From positions 25,358,001-25,422,000 of the forward strand of contig CM114271.1 in assembly GCA_050084515.1 (NCBI GenBank): a stretch of 64,000 nt of DNA, given 5' to 3'. A program made the position numbers and the translations under genes. Under the pieces are notes generated by a model that saw nothing but the letters and a program-made list of their open reading frames with translations, had not been told where the DNA came from and ran no database searches. This document shows, piece by piece, positions 1 to 15,300 of this stretch (its first letter is position 1; every line of letters starts with the position of its first letter). Origin of the DNA: Blasia pusilla (lineage: Eukaryota).

Positions 1-156
1 CAAACTTAGCGAAAACATTAGCGGAATGTTAAGAAAATGAGATGGTTAATTAATTAAGTTGCTCGAAGTATTATTTTGTTGTAATTCATTGATTCGTGCG
101 TGTGAAAACCTTCGCTGATGGGTGCGGGCTCCTTTCGAGCCTCGATTGTACTGCAG

Positions 157-3100
157 GATCCGCTTTCATGATCGGGAGGTTCCTCACATCTATGCATTGG
201 GGAATTGTCGCCGATAAATATGGAAGAAAACCAGTAATGATAGCAGGCGTTCTTTCTGTGTAAGTAATTAGCCTCTACATTTTGAGCCTCTCAACACCTC
301 TACTCAGACAGATGTTGAGCTGTACCGCGCAAGTGTTGGCGTAACATTCTTTCTACAGACGCTCGGACGGATCTCCCTTGTGCGAATGGAACTCGCCGAA
401 GTGACTTTTCGGTGCTCTCATGGGTATTGGATCCAATTGAGTTAGCGGCGAGCTTCTAAAACCTTGCTCATTTGGAACCTGCAGAATTGTGTTCAATGTC
501 ATCTTCGGATTCAGTCAAAACTTCTGGGCGGCGTTTCTTTCTCGGCTGCTTCTGGGAGGATTCAACGGTATTCTAGGGCCCGTGAAGGTAATTATGATTT
601 CGACGAAGATGTCTTACTCATGCTAACGCACTGTCTTAAAGCATTTTCAAATGATTAGGTTGGGAACGCGATTCCTCCTGCACACAGATGTTCTCAACGT
701 TGGTGCTTCGTTCGTATCACATGACGCGATCAACCTAGAGAGTGTGGTAGCACACGCGTCCGATTTCACCTAAAGACGAATAGCATACTGCCGAAAGTAG
801 AATTCTTCAATTAAAAGCCTGGTGCTGTATGGATAGAATGTCGAGATCTTCCCTCCTTTCTTGCGTACAGGTATGCCATGGACGTGAGGTCTACGCATTG
901 AGTCTGCGGTTTGAGCTGCGTCTTTCAGATATCTCATTTGCTCGTAACGTCTATTGAAAACTTGGCACGAACAGGCATACGCATCCGAAATCTGCAGCGA
1001 TGAACATCAACCTATTGGCGTGTCAGTTGTGAGTGCCGGACCAAACCGCTTACCAACTAATCGCTGTATGGATGAATTTCTTCACAGCTCGTATGTTCAT
1101 TCCCATGGATACAGTCGTCGTTGGTGCATGTTTTCTCCTAGTCGGTCCCTTCTAGCTGATTGAAGGACACGTATGACTACCTCTCAATATTCAGAATGGC
1201 TCTCTGATTATTAGAGCTGGTGGAAATGGCTTGCAGGTGGGCACAACTCTCGGTCTGGGAATGGTTATCGGTCCTTCTCTAGGTGGTTACCTTGCGCAGG
1301 TACCATATATACACACACTTCCTGCAGTCGAAGCTGAGCGGAGAGCTTGTTTAAGAAATTTAAATCGAAAACGTTGACATTCTATAACAAGTTGGACATT
1401 TTTTCTGAGCGCTGAGCGTGAGATCATCTTAGGAGATCTTCTTCAGATCCATGTGATTCCGCGAGACCCTAAGTTTGATCCGTTCTCGTGATTAGTTAAC
1501 TAATATAATATCTTATTTTGGAATTGCAGCCAGCACTGAAGTACCCGGAATGGTTTCCTCCGGGATCACTCTTCGACAAGTGAGTAGTAGGATCGTGTCA
1601 AAAGGATTTGATGCACAATTTCATAGAAAGAACGTCGTAGAGCGAGATGGTCAATTGTCACATGGCCATAACTTTACTTTCCACGATTAGAAGCTAAAAG
1701 TCGAGTCTCCCTTGTTAAACGAAGTGGATTCATATCCTTGGCCATCGATACCGTATGATTTTCTCTCGTTTGCCACTGCAGGTTTCCATACTTGATGCCG
1801 TGTCTTTTCGTCTCCGGACTGGCTGTGGTGGGGCTCTTCATTACGGTCCTCTATCTTCCGGTACGCATCCGATTATTCTTTAGATGATTGGCACATTGAA
1901 CTCTCAAGAATCCACTACGAAGGTGATGCGGCAAATATTTGAGATCTCTTGTACGACATACGATCTTGATCAACATGTCCTGATGCGTACAGAACATCAA
2001 AATCCAGGCTCTTATCGCATTCAAACCCCACGTCAGGGTTTTCAGGCATTGTTCGTCTCAAAACGGAACACTCAAAGTTTGTGTCCCTTTTCTGATGTCG
2101 CTCATGGCGGAAACTCGGTCTTTCCATTTTGTAGGAGACCCTTCATATTCACAACGACGAAGATGCAGTAGTACTCATCGATGGAGAACCCCAAAGTATC
2201 AAGGAAAAGCTGATAGACGAAGACTCAGATGAAGAAAAGAAAGATGAAGATACGGAATCATTTTTCGCAGTTTTCAGAAACCGGCCGCTGGTTTCTGCGG
2301 TTCTTGTTTACTGCACCTGGTCCATGCACAATATGGCTTACACAGAGGTATGTCTCGTCATCTGCCTCCGTCGATCATTTCTCCGAGCCAGTATCCGAGC
2401 CGAATTTAAAGTGCAATAGCGTGGCACTTCGAGTACAGCGATTGGCATGTAGTCGTCAAGATCGATATTCGATATTGGATATTGATATATATAGATATAT
2501 TCCTAATGCTATGCCATAAATTCACTGATTTTGTCATGTTTCGCAGATCTTCTCGCTGTGGGCTGTGAGTCCACTAAAGAATGGAGGGCTGTCCTTCACC
2601 ACAACCCAAGTGGGCAACGTGCTCGCTATCTCCGGTATTTGTGATACTCTCATTTCACTGACTCGAACTCACGCGATTTGCAATGGGTCTCAAATGTTTT
2701 TCACTATCCAAATCACGAGTGCAGAGTTGTGAATGATCGGATTTCCGGGCAGTATTTGCCACCGAAGTAAGAAAGTCTGGCGTCCATGTATAAACTAATT
2801 TGATAAAGTGTGGGTTTCTTTGAAGGTGCGGGATGTTTACTGTTCCAACTTCTAGCATTTCCACCCATCGCCAAACGCCTGGGACCTATCAGCACCACTC
2901 GGATATCAGCCGTAAGACCCCGACCCAGTGGTTGCAGCTAGTCCGGTGTGCGATTGACAGCTTGCTGAGTCTATGCTATCAATTCCAGTGTGTTGTAGTT
3001 TGACTGCATGCGGAGGAGAATTGTATCACTAGCTAGCAATACGTGAACTGTGCTTAGACTGCGAGATGTCCAACGTGCCCAAATGTTGATTCCTACGTGT

Positions 3101-5725
3101 GATTTCTTTCTCGTGTGCAGTTTCTGGCGTTGCCGTTGCTCGTGATATATCCCTTCCTCTCGGAGCTCCATGGCACCGTCTTGTGGACGATCCTCGTGTT
3201 CGTATCCGTGTCCAAGAGCGCCCTGGGGGTTAGTATTACGCATCTCGCAACCGTAGCTTGTCTCCGCATGGAAACGTTACATGCAGGCTGGACCCCAAAA
3301 GTCTCTAGTAGAATGGGGTGCCAACATGCATTTCTAGCTGTAGACTTACGGAGCAGCAAGCTTACTTTGAATTGCGACGTTTGAAATTGGATCCCTGTTG
3401 GAATTTTTTCTTGTTAATCCGCTCGCAAGAGTACGAACTGACCCTCATGTTTGCATGGACTTCAGGTCGCCACGCTGAGTGGATCATTCTTGCTAATTAA
3501 TAATTCAGTGGTGAGTACCTTGTCGCTCTGGAAAAGTGCGAAGTAGGTTTACGGTACAATCCTCTTTTATTATTCTTTGTGGCATTAGGTGAAGTAGAGT
3601 TTGAAACCTGAGGAAGGTAGGAAGAAGGAGCGTTTGTGGACTATTTTCGTATACGAGTTAAACATTACCAAACCTGAAACCCGAATATACGGGGAATAAA
3701 ATCTCGCGCTCGACGAAAGCACGACCGTTTGCGGTGGAGTTAAGAGCCACTGGCGGTTGCAAGATCAACCCACGACACCGTGTCGGGCGTTTTCCGGACA
3801 AGAAATCCTGGCAGTGCTCCCATGTACACGGATCCGAGTAGATACAGAAATACATATATACGGCTAACGCTGGCTGTATTGCGAGGTGTGCGGCCCCTCA
3901 CGATTCTCCCAATTGTTCGCAGCTGCCGAAACAACGAGGACGAGCCAACGGATTATCAGTCAGTGCAGTTTCGTTCTTCAAGGCAGTCGGACCCGGCGCA
4001 GGAGGAGCCATGTGAGTCGCCGATGTTTCTAGATATTCCATCATGTACTTTACGAGTTTCTCTCGGCTGTTGGGTCCTGGCACTCGCACTGACGGGCCGT
4101 TTGCCATACTAGATGGCCGATGTGTTTTCACACGTCATCATTCGGATATGATACGTGGACTCACCGAACTGGTCACTAAATCTGCGTCGCTCCTGCTCCC
4201 TCTCTACTGTGTGCAGATTTGCATGGGCGCAAAGTCGGCACTCACTCTTTTTGCCAGGTACGAAATCACGAACGATGGTCACTTTACCGCCGGTTGATGG
4301 TGCTTCGTGTCTTTCTCCCTCGAATTGTCGAGGCTAACCTGGGTGGGGTGAAGTTAACGTTAGGCTAGTTATTGAGTAAAAAAACTAAATGAAAATTAGT
4401 CGCGGTTAGTTTCACTGTTTCATCAATTCTGTAATTTCAATGTTTGCATTTATCACGCAAGGATTTTCGGATGTTACCAAAGACAAGGGCTGGGAGGGTT
4501 TCCCGTTTTTTCAAAGGCAATACCCCCATTTCCAGGAATTCTAGTCTGCCACTTGGAAATTAAAAGGATATTGGGAAGTCCACTTTCCCTTCACCTCGGT
4601 CGCCCCCCCCCTCCCAAACCCAATCTTAGCGAAAACTCCCTTAAGAGAACAGTAAGTCCCAAGTTCGAACACGTCGCGTCGAAAGGTTTTTGATCTTAGG
4701 TTTTGGCTATTTTGCCTCCTTGGCTGGTAAGTGGAGTTTACTCATCGTCGGCCGACCCGTCATGTATGCCCCGCATTAAATGCATGGGTTCTTGGCAGTA
4801 TCCTCAGCAATATTCTATCTCACCCGGTCCCCACACTCGAGTTGGACCACAAGACTTTAGCCCATTTGTGTCCATTCACGCCATAGGCGCATTCTTTGTA
4901 ATGCCAGCCCGTAAAACGAGTGTCGAAAGAAACCGATGAGCTCGGATGTGAGGCACTTTCGTTTTATAACATGTGCATTATACCTTGTCATCCCTTATGT
5001 GATTTGATTCAGTGAAGACGAGTAGGTTTTGTCATTGGAAGTTAAGAATTAGAACCCTTTCCTTCACTTGCAAGCTGTGTCCTTTCCGGTGGAAAGAAGC
5101 CGACTTGTTTCAAATGAAGTCGAAGTGTAGGTCTTCTCTACTTCACCAGTTCTTATTTAATTAATTTTTCAGTTAAGGAGAAGGTTTGCTTTGAGTTAAT
5201 GTTTGGAACATGGGTGGTAGTCGACTTTTTCGTAGGCTTAACAGCCATGACTCCTCATTAATTTCGTCCTAGCCATGTTCCGTGCATATTAGCACCACAA
5301 CAGTCCGGACTCCCCATTAAGAATAAAACCTCTAATGGAGGGTCCTATTTGTAGGTGGATTTTCAGTACTATTCCCAAACATCATTTCTTTTAACTTGTG
5401 CTCGGTAGCAAATTAGCTCGGAGGTCTTTAAGACGGATTAATACATGTTAGGATGTTTTGGTAAGTTGCCATTCTGGGCTTGGAATTTCCCAATGCAGAA
5501 AATATGTAGGTGTGACCTAGAAATGTTCGCCAAAACGTTCGCTCGTTGGAACTAACCTGATGGTTTTAATACGGTGCAGGAAATCAAATGGTGTTTTTCT
5601 TATTGGCGACAGTAGTTGTAGTAGATGTTATTTTGACCTTTGAGCCATTTTTGCCCAAATCTGTCGATAAACCGAAACACGATGAGAGTGTAGTAATTGT
5701 CCAAAAAATTAATGCTAGCTCATAA
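157..5725 (+). CDS. ZIFL1: Zinc-induced facilitator-like MFS transporter, 5'-partial spliced gene. Exons: 157-259, 485-587, 975-1028, 1237-1299, 1530-1579, 1782-1860, 2135-2347, 2547-2634, 2826-2911, 3121-3228, 3466-3510, 3923-4011, 4217-4257, 5580-5725 (TAA)
   Basis: Manual splicing at GT-AG sites gives one continuous frame: SAFMIGRFLTSMHWGIVADKYGRKPV...FNGILGPVKAYASEICSDEHQ...GLGMVIGPSLGGYLAQPALKYPEWF...FPYLMPCL...ETLH...SMHNMAYTEIFSLWAVSP...QRGRANGLSVSAVSFFKAVGPGAGG...GNQMVFFLL...LTFEPFLP. This has the MFS motif A-like ADKYGRK and matches plant ZIF1/ZIFL proteins as I recall them. Exact orthology is not established. Confidence 0.93.
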
Positions 5726-8700
5726 ATCATGAGATTGTATATTTTGAGAGAGGTATTGGGCTGACGTAAGTTATCACCACTATCACCACTAAGAGGTCTT
5801 GCTGTTTAGGCAAAACAAAAGTCATTCATGAGCGAAGATAGGAAGTTTTGGAAATACAAGATGGTGGAATGGTTCAATTGAGGTATATACTAAAATAGCG
5901 ACAAAGTTTGCTTAAGCAAAATCAGGCCTATGCCTCCACCAGGATGTATGTAAGGCAATCTGATTTCATATTGAAAGGAAAACATATCTTTGACATGATG
6001 GTTGATATTATGTTTTCTTGTTGGTATTGGGTCCACATGTGCACATGTTTAACTCAATTTTGTGGCTATGAATCTGTGCAAGCTATAAATTATTGTGAGT
6101 TCTTCTACATGGCATTTGCCCACTTAAGATGACATTGTGTTAATGGCAGTTTTGAATTTCCACACCCATTCCCTCAATTGAAATGTGCAAGGGAACTCTT
6201 GCTCTAGGTCAGTGGTAAAAATAAATTGTTAATTTACTCAAGAAAATGAATTTGTGGTTTGAATCACTAATTTTAAATGTGAATTTTAGAAACAATTGTG
6301 GTAAGAAACTATACAAAATACAATGACGCAAATGGACATGAATTTCTAGTTTCTCTAAATGGAAAAAGATCAAGATGTAAGCGACAAGAAGCACCATCCA
6401 TCATGGGATGGGAGAGACTTTGTCCATGTAAAAGTTGGGCTATGTGCCTAATGAAATATAAATATCACTTTTCTATTTTGTAAGTCATGTCTTAAATCCT
6501 CCTCAAATATTTTTTTTTAATCGTTGTTGATTCCAATGAAGGATAGTGACCAAGTCTATGCGAGAGGTTTCTTGCACCATGCACCGATTCCCTCTACTCA
6601 ACATAGAATCGATGTCATGTGCCATGGAAAAATACCAATATATGTAGGTGTGTTGTATGACTCCATGCATAATAAAAAGTTTATCAAAGTCATCCACAGA
6701 AAGCACTTTCGCTCAAATAAGAGTGGCTATGTAATGCAGCAACCTCAGTCACTTGTATTGAACGAAAATTGATCTAATCATCCTTTAAGAAGGGTGAAGA
6801 GCTAAGAGTGCCACCATGACTCCACTTTGGAATTTTCAAAGGAAGAAGTCAAAACATATGGGCCGCATGAGAAAACTTACCGACTTATCCAAAAGTAGGC
6901 TATGTTGAAGGCATTGTTATATGAGGCCTTCAGTGATTGGCGCGAAGTATAGGATAAGCCACAACTAGGGTATTTTCTAGAAGCAAATGCTCATTGTGGA
7001 CATTCTCCCAATTCCTTGTCATAAAGGGTTGAATCTGCAAGGAGATTTGGGGATAACTTCCCCCCTCTTAAAAGAAGAACCAAACCGTGAGCGGGGAAGA
7101 AGTAATTGATATCAAGTAATATTATCAAACAATGATACTTGTTGGATAAACTAACCTTTCTAATGATAAAAGAAATGCTTACCAAGTGATGGGACTCACA
7201 ACAATAAGAATACTTGTACATGAGTAACAAAGGAGACCTAATGGAAAGAACAAAATAGATAAAGTGTGCTCAATCAATAACCACCTCTATAGTATCAAAA
7301 GAAGTGACTAGAAAATATGTATCTAGATTGTCTTTCAAGAGACTAAGTATTACGGCGAAGATGAACCTATTAGTTACGGCCTCTACAAGCAACTCTTGTT
7401 TTGGACTCTGTCCAAGTGGATTCTACTCACCTCTCTTGGTCCCTCCTCTTAAGTGTGATGGTTCTTAATAGACATGATGAACCTCCACAAGTATGCATGA
7501 CGGAAAACCAATCGATAAATAAAAGAGGGGACCCAAAGAATCAAGAATCCAAAGGCCACAACCCGTCCAATGGTTCTTCTAGAATCTCAAACCATCTCAA
7601 TGGGGCCGCACACTTAGAGGGGCTAAAGATAGGATTCATGATAGATAGCAAAAAGGAATGGCAATTCTCCTAAAACCGAACAATACGCCTTGTAAAAAAC
7701 GCCGCCTCCCCAAGCAATCCCTTAGCAAAACAAACATCATCTCCTTTGGGTGACGGAGATTCTGGGGCAGGTTAGGTTGGGATGTACTTCCTGACGGAGG
7801 TCCGCGTTACACAAACGTACACGGAGCTGGTCCGAGTATGAGGAAAGTGAGGACCGCCAGCTGGCCGTAAGAAGTTGGAGGAATACAAAATTCTTGCTCG
7901 TGGAGATCCCTACAATGCGGGCCTACATGATGATGGGGTTGACAGAACCGTACCGCTCCTGTTAGATTCATGCATCTGGACTACTGCTTATTGATGCCAC
8001 GCGTCGGCATTCTCTACGCCCATTCGGATTCGAAATACGTGATCTCGCACGCTGGAGCAGGGTGCCGCGCTTTCGACCCCCTCGGAACCCTTCTCGGATA
8101 GATGTGTACTAGCTCGTATATTTAGTTTTTAAATTTTTTCCTCTTTCAAAATGACGTGTGTCAATACAATAAGAGTCTTTAGGACAGGTGTCAGCTTCGA
8201 AGAGGATTTCTTCGAATCTCGTCCTCTTTCAATTATGTAAACTTTTTTATTGAATTTTTAAAACTTTATAGAATTTCATGCTGTCCGATTCTCTATGAGA
8301 AAAAGCTGCGGAAAATAAGTCTCTCCGTTTCATTCTCTGTCGTATTTTTCCAAATCGACCTCCTTTCTCTTCGTTTTATTGATATAATTATTTTTCTCCT
8401 CAGTTATAACCCCTACTAACCCGTATACTCTCCCCTTTACTCGCAAAATTAACTTTCCTCTCAGTTATCACCCCATTTATTCTCCTAAATTTTCTGAACT
8501 GTTACAGTTCTACTGCCAAACAAAATTAATGGTACAACTGTTTATTTCCGACTGCCCTTCTGTCCATATGGAATCCAATTGGGTTTGTGATCTGGCCGCT
8601 TTTACGAAGCCTGCCCGAGTACTGGCAGAATCACGCGCACACAAAGAGTTGGTGAATGGAGAATGGTGTAGAGGCCGCCATAAAATCTCCGTACGTAAAC

Positions 8701-11700
8701 ATGTGGCCCACAAGATTTCACTGACGTTATTGGTTGGATAAATGTGCGTTGCAATATCGGATTCAACTTCTGGTTGCAGAATTAGTTGCCCTCTGGATTC
8801 TGGAGCCCAATTCTTGCGCCTTTCTCACGTTACATGCGGGTATATCGCCCGGTCTTCACAGAGTTTGGAATAGATTAGAATAGTAGAGAAGTAAGACCTA
8901 AACGTGGGGTACCACGTGGGACCTACTATTAGATTTCGCGACAAACATACATACAAAAATATGTGTCTTGTGTCACGATTGTAGAGCTTAAGCAGATGTG
9001 GGAGTTTGATCCAAGTACTCTCGACAGACCTCAGAGAATCGCCTTCCTGGTGTTCCTTGGGAGTGACTCTCGCCGCGACTCACTACCACGGTCTGGCAGT
9101 GCACCACCACTCGCTGCTGCTCCGCCGACGTGCCTTCCGCGTTTGCTCAGCGAGGAGAATTTCTTCTCCATTGTGGTGATGGTTTCGAAGGACTCTTTAT
9201 CGGCCCTTCGGGACCAACCAAGAATCGGTTTGCGCGGTTGCATCAAGACTGCTTCCAGAGGGGGGATTCATGTTCTCGTTTCTAACTGCGATGAGGGTGA
9301 GCTGCCATCAATTCGCTTATGACTCCCTTCATGCATGCGCGGAAATAAATTTTCCAAATTTGAGACCGCGGTAAGGTGTCCTCCGGATCAATACCTTGAA
9401 AATGTCCATGAAAATGTCAAATATGTATAGACGAGAAGCGGCCCTGGTTTCTCCGGTGAGGTCTTAAACTTTCAAACTGGAATTGTAGTTGTTGCGTCAA
9501 GAACATCGATCAGAAGCAGAGAACCGTGCACAAATGGAATTGGAAACTTGACGTTGGTCACTAGTTCGCCGGATACGACGATGGTGACGTAATCCAGACG
9601 CCATGAGCAGATTGAAATTCGGCACCCGCTGAACGAACGGTAAGCTAAAAGTCATGTGTAAACGAATCGCTTGCTTTTAAACGGCCGACGCCGACGACGC
9701 CATAGAGCATTTCGCAACTTTCCTGACCTTTCCCGAACGGATGAGAAAATTGGCTTCATTCAAACTGGATAAATTTGAGTCTCACCTCAGTGTTTGTAGA
9801 TCCTCCTTCACGTCAAAACTGGCTTGGTCAAACTATCCAGCCTCAACGAGCAGTCGTATTTCAAATCGAGTCGTATTTCAGATAGCGAGGGTTGAACTCC
9901 TGACGACGCTCTCCTCTTCATGATGGGAGATTCTGTTCCCTTACAGTAAAGGATCCACACAGGTCAAGAATTCCTGCAGAAGTATTCTGAGAACCATGCA
10001 TCGCCATCCGCGAACTGGGAGGAGTGTAGAGCGGGGAGATTCGGAAGGGAGAGGGAGAAGTAGACGAGCAACCTACAGAATCGGTTCTTAATCGTCCATT
10101 GGAGCGTGGCTGCGGAAAGGCAAATTTTACGGTCATGCATGCACTAACCTCTTGATTTTCCAACATTTCTCCTTAGCTAGCGACATTTCAAGATTGGAGT
10201 TAGGGTAAACTATGAATGACTTATTTGCATACTTAAGAGTAGTGGGAGAGTACCACACACAATATTGAGTTGTCACCCCAACCTCCTAACTCTTTCTAAA
10301 CCAAATGCAATTGTTTCACCATGATTAAATGTTGGTCTCTATGCAAGAGACTCCATAATGACCAATCCAAATGGCAAACCCTTTTTCCTACAATAGTTCT
10401 CCTTGTGTTTGTGAGATATCACATGCTTTGTCTTGAAATTTGTAAAGAAATTCGAAATAAGTTTGGGATTCTAACAAGCATTGGGTTTACCATATCTAGC
10501 CCTACACTCTAGACAATCCAAATGTCCAAATATCTTAGTCCCATCATCCCATGTTGTGAATTTCCAATTATGGTTTTTGTATCCCTCCTTGTCTGTGTGC
10601 TTATGAAATTTCGTCCATTCATCTTTCCATTGTTTATCAATAGCTTCACACTTTAGAATTTACTCAAAAGAAGCCATCTTAGGGCAAGGGGTTGGCTTTC
10701 CCTTAACATGAGCATATTGAGTATTATCTATAGTATCACACTTTGCTAGTGAGTCAGCTATGGTTGACTTAGCAACAACAAAAGAGTGGAAAGATACTTG
10801 TGTCATCCTCCTAATAGGCATAGATGATTGGTCTTCAATCACATAGACCCTCCCTTCCATTTCATAAAGCTCAATCAATTTCTCCACATCAGGTTTCACT
10901 CTTCCTTGCAACCTATTATCCCAAAAATCAATGACCTCCCCATATTTCAGCTTAAAATGTGCAAGAATTTGCCCTTCTTTCAAGGGTAGAACACATATGG
11001 GCACGTCACCCTTACCTTCCTCACTCTTATGGATTAGTCTAACAGAGTTGGTCATTGGAGTAGCTATTGCTTGTTTAGACTAGATGCTATAAATGCCTCA
11101 AGCATGGCTCACTTTTGTGTCATGAGGGATGGACATATGTCTGTCAAGGACCACAACAACATACAATACATGGGGCTAGTTAGGTTTTTCCAAACAAGCC
11201 TTATGCACATAATGTTCAAAAAGTACATATGACAAAATTCAATTTACAAAATAGGCATATTTTTATATCTTTTAGTACTAGCCTATAATCAGTGGCCCAA
11301 AATTTCACATGGTTTTTCAAGTGTCCACGAAATGTGGTCTTTGATTGTAGTGCCTAGTGCAGGGTCAAGATCACGGTTGGGGCAATAGATCATCCAACAC
11401 CTCTTATCATATGTTGTGTGATGTCAAGCTACTTTGTCACTAGCATACCAACATTTTTGGATCTCCTCTACACAACCAATATGCCACGTAGTTGGATATC
11501 TCAAATGTTGATTAGCATCATGTGCAAGATGCTCATCAACATGCTCTTGCTTACATGTCACACACCTATGGAGTGGGCAAAATGTGGCATAATAGGGTAA
11601 GCATCCATAGTAGTAAAATCTCACATAATATGGATGAGGGCATTTTCTGATGGCACTAGAGTATATGGGAAAGACACAACGGAACTTAAAACATATTGCT

Positions 11701-13490
11701 CTTTGTGTTTCACAATCACGACAATACCAACGATCATGCATTTGATCTAGTGGAATAACTACAACACGACAAGAACCAATTGTTTTGCCAACATTATGAA
11801 CAAAATGAAATTGGAAACAATAGGGCCCATTACAGATCACCAAATTCCATGAAAATCACATTTGGCACAAATATGTGGGCTGCATTATTTTAACTCTATG
11901 TTTAAAAACCTAGAAATGAGAGGAACTTCTTCAAATATAGAGGATCGCTTCCGTTTATGAAAATTCATTAAGTGAGGGTTGTTCTTCCTAGACATTGGTA
12001 TGCTGAACATAAAAAAAAAACATGAAATAGTTATTGAGATGCATAGTTTGTCCATGAGATTCATAAGCATGTAATATTTACCATAAAAACTCATGAATGT
12101 CCTACATATGTTACACCAACCTACTATTTACTAAAAAAATTATGTATATACTACAAACATGTGATTCTCTTCAAGCACAACCTCTTCTAGGTAGATTGAG
12201 TGTTAGTAAGGGCTTCAAAAGACATCGGCAGAGATTGCACCGTTACGCACATATCCCACAGAAGATGATAGATCTTTCGACAACTATTTGGATGGAATCA
12301 ATAACCATTGAAGTCATGGTGTAAGACATAGGGAAACATCTAAGAATACCTTTTGGTTGAGACTATTGCGCGCTCCATTAATTGAATGTAACATTCGATT
12401 AAGGAAGCAATATTTATAATGGTAGTCCCAAATTCTTCCCATTTGGAAGAAGAAAGGGTCATCGTACCTAAGATTTGATGAGAGATTTTGATGTAGAGAG
12501 TATGGAAGGTGAAAATAGATGGGTGTTTTGCTTTGGGAAGTGATGGAGAAAGAATTGCCATCGCTGCGTGGAGCAGTCGCCGAACGGCGACTGCTCCACG
12601 CAATCTGAGTTTTTTATGCGGGCTTAGTACTAAAGAGCACAAGAGGAGGCACCATACATGAGAAATACTGCATCCTTCTTGTTTTTTAGCCATCTTCCGC
12701 AATCCTCTATTTTTTCCTATAAATGGGAGCCTTGTTAAAACCATTTTCTCCATAATCTCGGATTTGTTTGCCCTCCCACCCAACTTCATAATATGGGGCA
12801 TAATAGTCATACCCCTATAAAAATAGGTCTCACATAGCTGAAAATATCAAAAGAGGGGAATCCTTACAAATGAAGATCTCAATGCAATTGGCCTGTCGCC
12901 TACTTCATCCAACATCTCATGACAAAGTTACACCCAAACATCCCGATGACTCTCTATGCCGTCGACACGGCACAACTCTACCTATCAGCTAACTAAGATG
13001 TGATAGTAGTCCTTCTCTCTCCATTGTTAAGATCACTTAATACTTATTTTTTTCAATGCATCTTTATGGCATTACAACATTCATAAGAATTTATATTGAT
13101 ACATCAGCTAATGTGGTTTGTGGCCACTTATCTTGTTATCTATTCACCTCACACCAACCATAGAGATATAAAGTGAATGGGCTAAGTATGAATCCCATTT
13201 TATTTGTTAGAGGGCTACGAGATGGATCTTCATCCTCTTGAAGCTCAAATTCAAGGTCCTCACTATATGACATGGTGTTTTCTCTGTAGTCAAAGTTTGC
13301 CTCTTGAACATGGAAACACCAAGGTCTTGTAATCGAAGACTCCGCCTTGGTGGTTGCTTGGAAGCCTCCACAAAAAGAGATGATTTCTCTCTCCTAGTGT
13401 GAGACTTCACTGGCTTGGTGTGACTTCAAAAATCAAAGATTACCAATTAGAAGTAAAGAAGACATAAAGGTGCATACATAATTCTACTCC

Positions 13491-13880
13491 AAATCCCAAG
13501 TATGAAGCATATAAATTGTCCCTTCAAATCTGTTTAGCCAGACTTACAATAATGGGACACTACCAAAGATGATAGCTTCACGAGCCTTTCTCAACCTAAC
13601 ATTTTCCTCCCGCATAAGTTCATAAGGAGTTCGAGAAGATTCCTCCTAAAGATTTGAATGTGTAGGGACCATGAGGGAATCTGAAAAATCCCAAGTATGA
13701 AGCATATAAATTGTCCCTTCAAATCTGTTTAGCGAGACTTACAATAATGGGACGCTACCAAAGATGATAACTTCACGAGCCTTTCTCAACCTCACATTTT
13801 CCTCACGCATCAGTTCATAAGGAGTCCGAGAAGAATCCTCCTAAAGATTTGAATGTGTAGGGACCATGAGGGAATCTGAA
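13491..13880. repeat. Tandem duplication, 2 x ~195 bp
   Basis: AAATCCCAAGTATGAAGCAT...CATGAGGGAATCTGAA starts at 13491 and again at 13686, with only a few substitutions. Confidence 0.9.
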
Positions 13881-14572
13881 AAATTTGGTGATCATTTCAA
13901 ATTTTTTTCAAGCAATTAATTGCATAGCTCGATGGAAAGTACATTTAATTGATGCGGAAGGAATGTTCTTATCTCAAAATATAACCTTTTCTAATATTTC
14001 CAAAAATGGAAATTTGATGGAAAAATAATTTCAATGGATATTTATGGCAAGCCCAAAAAATTAAGAACTACCACCTCAAGCCTTTAGAAACATGTTGCCA
14101 ATCCCATACACAAGTGAGGCACTGTTTGAATGAGAGGGAGTGTGAAGGGATATGAGTAGGACACAAGTATTAAAGTAGTGGAACTCCATTACCTGTCCAC
14201 TTTCACTTATAGTTAGTAATTTATTTACCCTTGAGTTGCAATGAATGGTCAAAATATATACTATTAAAAAGGCATAAGGGGATTACTTTATGTAAATAAA
14301 TTAGTTTCTATAAGAAGTAAAGCTTGCTTTCTTTTAGAAGTTCCATCTGCAATAGAAGAATCAAACTCTTGGCTTCAATGAGACATGTTTTGGATCATTG
14401 AGAGATATTTGACGCTCTAGAACTAGGAGTTCCTTACATTCCACAAGACCATCACTTTTCTTTACAATCATTCAAGGTGATATCCGACACTCAAGTAAGA
14501 TAAGAAATCACCTAGTTTAACCAGCAATAAATTGGTAAATATGAGAGTTCATTCGAGGAGCCGGAGAAGTAA

Positions 14573-15300
14573 CACTAGAAGAAATCCTTGGTTATATGAC
14601 TAGGTTTTATGACTCATGTGAGTCATATATTACATTCCATGACTTACAATGACTAACGACTACTTTAGATACAAAAGCGAAGTCATATTTGTTCCATGAG
14701 TAGGCTAACTAGGATGGTATGCTTAGGTGGACATTGGTACATGACTAGAGGGAGTAGTCATACGGCCATGACTAACACGTCATGTGGATCACGTGGAAGT
14801 AGGACACGTCAGTGTATGACGTGGATAAATTTATGTGACATGTCATAGATGATGTGGACTGGATAAAAAAACAACTGGTGTAGTCATATGTGTGTATCAA
14901 TCCAATCATTGGAGACGACTACTCGAATCATAATATGTGGGAGAATGAAGTGAAGTGGCACACAAGGTCCAATGAAATCATAAAAATTATATTTGGAATT
15001 TGAGTAATTCAAATAATATGAATATTCACGACTCAGAGAGTCATTACATTTTTGGATTCAGTCAGAGGTGGCAACTCATGAAGTCATAGAAAATTATCGA
15101 ATGACTAGGCCCGCTCCATATAGTCATGACACATGACTTGACTAGTCGTGGTTTACGACTACACCAATCATGGACTTGACTAATATAGTTAAGCGAATGT
15201 GACTAAAGGAGTTGTTGAAATGGTTGTAGTCATTACAGTAGAACTTATCGAGTCGTATTGATGTGACTCATCAAGTAATGAAAGATAACTCTACTAGTAG
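14573..15300. mobile_element. Probable non-autonomous CACTA-type element
   Basis: Starts CACTAGAAGAAA and ends ...CTCTACTAGTA (degenerate TIR). The interior is dense in ATGACT/AGTCAT motifs in both orientations, like CACTA subterminal repeats. No clean 3-bp TSD. Confidence 0.45.

Noticed and set aside
464-4337. ORF-track entries overlapping the ZIFL gene
   Set aside because: They are exon read-throughs or antisense shadows of the spliced gene.
5908-7700. Short ORFs downstream of ZIFL
   Set aside because: AT-rich with no motifs I recognise; probably decayed repeat.
8760-10170. Possible minus-strand gene (ORFs 9031-9246 and 9918-10166)
   Set aside because: No recognisable domain and no consistent spliced frame could be built.
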